IMG/VR virus record: IMGVR_UViG_3300020294_000021
Coordinates: 1-29,549 of that record
DNA: 29,549 nucleotides
Reading direction: 5' to 3' (one strand)
Source: a virus
Taxonomy: Duplodnaviria; Caudoviricetes
Under the pieces are notes generated by a model that saw only the letters and a program-made list of their open reading frames with translations, did not search any database and was not told the DNA's origin. The position numbers were made by a program, and so were the translations under genes. Numbering within the stretch: the stretch's first letter is position 1; the number at the start of each line of letters is the position of its first letter. Of the stretch, positions 28,596-29,549 are shown piece after piece.

Positions 28596-29350
28596 TAGAT
28601 TACCCTTGTCTTCTCATGACCGACTCGAACTCTTGGATCACACCAGATCTCGAAACCTGCCTCCTTTGCATCCAAGCAGAATGAGACATCTTCGCCACAC
28701 ATGTCTTGGACTTCGCCACTTTCAAAGATTTGCATCTTCGGAGCGAACCAAGGATATGGCATACCTTCATGCTCAAATACTCCATTCTTGATGAGTAACC
28801 AACCAAAACCAGTATAGTCTACTGTAAATGGTTTCTTTCTCTTTGAGATACTTTCAATGGTTTCATGATTCATCACACCACCATTAGTACGGAAGTCATC
28901 CTCCTCTAACCAATGAGCAACTGATGTAGTCTTACCATCTTCTGTACAATACCAACCACCAGCAAGATCCTGATCCATTAGAACTAATTGCCAGAACTTC
29001 TCTGTATTGAATACTATATCACTATCAATCCATAACTGATAGTCATACTGTAACTTACCATCCCAAGGTTTCTGATCAGGTCCTCTTAAGACGTTAGCAC
29101 CTAAGCACTTACATCTTGCGAAGTTAACCATTGATGAATAATCTTGGGAGATCTGTATCGAAGCCTGTGCTTGGACAAGATCAAAGCATAACTGTACAAA
29201 ACTCTTTAGAAATTGATATGAAACTCCACGACCTGGTAAACAGAATACTACTGTCTTTCCTTTAATGAGTTCTCTTGCTTTATCGTAATCCCACTCTGCT
29301 TCTTTTTTTACCACAGGGGATTTCGCTTTAACTGTAAATCCTTTTGACAT
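28595..29350 (-). CDS. GT-A fold glycosyltransferase-like protein, 251 aa
   Basis: VVFCLPG strand, NFARCK helix, YDYQLWIDSDIVF (DxD), TGFGWLLIK..VFE, GEDVSFC and WCDPRVRVGH match the GT2-like motif order. Donor and acceptor unknown. Confidence 0.75.
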   Translation of the reverse strand: MSKGFTVKAKSPVVKKEAEWDYDKARELIKGKTVVFCLPGRGVSYQFLKSFVQLCFDLVQAQASIQISQDYSSMVNFARCKCLGANVLRGPDQKPWDGKLQYDYQLWIDSDIVFNTEKFWQLVLMDQDLAGGWYCTEDGKTTSVAHWLEEDDFRTNGGVMNHETIESISKRKKPFTVDYTGFGWLLIKNGVFEHEGMPYPWFAPKMQIFESGEVQDMCGEDVSFCLDAKEAGFEIWCDPRVRVGHEKTRVI

Positions 29351-29373
29351 AACCTACGTAATGTTATAATGAT

Positions 29374-29402
29374 ATTATATCCCATTATGTATGGTAAGTC
29401 AA
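29374..29402 (-). promoter_or_regulatory. Sigma70-type (early) promoter TTGACT-N17-TATAAT
   Basis: Minus strand: -35 TTGACT (29402-29397), 17-nt spacer, -10 TATAAT (29379-29374), 23 nt upstream of the ATG at 29350, in an intergenic gap. Confidence 0.85.
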
Positions 29403-29424
29403 CTTAAATTATAAGGTAGTGATA

Positions 29425-29549
29425 TCAGTAACTTGCATCTGTCATATTCTCTTGTTGAAATTCTTCATATGATAATTCTTCCCTAAAGTATGATTGATAT
29501 ATTCTTCCCCATATAATATTAAATTCATACTCATCAAGATCTTTGAAGA
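29425..29549 (-). CDS. 3' end of a small acidic hypothetical protein entering from outside the window (...FKDLDEYEFNIIWGRIYQSYFREELSYEEFQQENMTDASY*)
   Basis: Open frame of 40 sense codons from the window edge to TGA at 29427-29425, ending just before the sigma70 promoter; same strand as all other genes. Confidence 0.7.
   Translation of the reverse strand, partial: FKDLDEYEFNIIWGRIYQSYFREELSYEEFQQENMTDASY

Noticed and set aside
83-28791. Short plus-strand ORFs in the track (83-307, 2358-2597, 4022-4276, 4410-4658, 7083-7304, 7410-7691, 11588-11860, 15614-15805, 17033-17272, 20711-20950, 23936-24118, 25733-25921, 26841-27071, 27448-27729, 28606-28791)
   Set aside because: All lie antisense to well-supported minus-strand genes, most begin at GTG/TTG, and none has a recognisable motif. 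Consistent with shadow ORFs from codon bias.
13557-28806. Alternative-frame minus-strand ORFs 13557-13739, 16029-16253 and 28600-28806
   Set aside because: Short, fully nested out of frame within gp7 or the GT gene, with no motifs or initiation signals.
1-29549. tRNA, rRNA or structured ncRNA genes
   Set aside because: Once the small ORFs are included, intergenic gaps are all under about 75 nt and the larger ones hold promoters. No cloverleaf or T-loop signature was noticed.

Overview
AT-rich segment of a T4-like (myovirus) phage genome, most consistent with a marine cyanophage. All credible genes lie on the minus strand. In transcription order (right to left): a partial small ORF; a near-consensus sigma70-type promoter (TTGACT-N17-TATAAT); a GT-A-fold glycosyltransferase-like gene; two small ORFs missing from the track (51-aa acidic, 47-aa basic); a 2OG-Fe(II) oxygenase; a T4 late promoter (TATAAATA); baseplate genes gp25, gp6 and a giant 5101-aa gp7-like protein; a second late promoter; gp8; a 2536-aa VrlC/DUF4815-like virion protein; a 169-aa protein; a 45-aa ORF; and the start of another gene (MKSFK...). 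Two things stand out. (1) The 169-aa protein combines a T4-type capsid-targeting leader (MKTFQEF...LCE) with a motif pattern resembling phage SAM lyases (T3 SAMase/DUF3293-like), suggesting a virion-packaged, injected anti-restriction enzyme. (2) The gp7-like protein carries about nine copies of a ~100-aa 'YPR-DP' domain that are nested inside one another rather than tandem, with near-identical DNA between some copies and a 13-bp direct repeat flanking one insert. All family assignments come from motif recognition by eye, not database searches.
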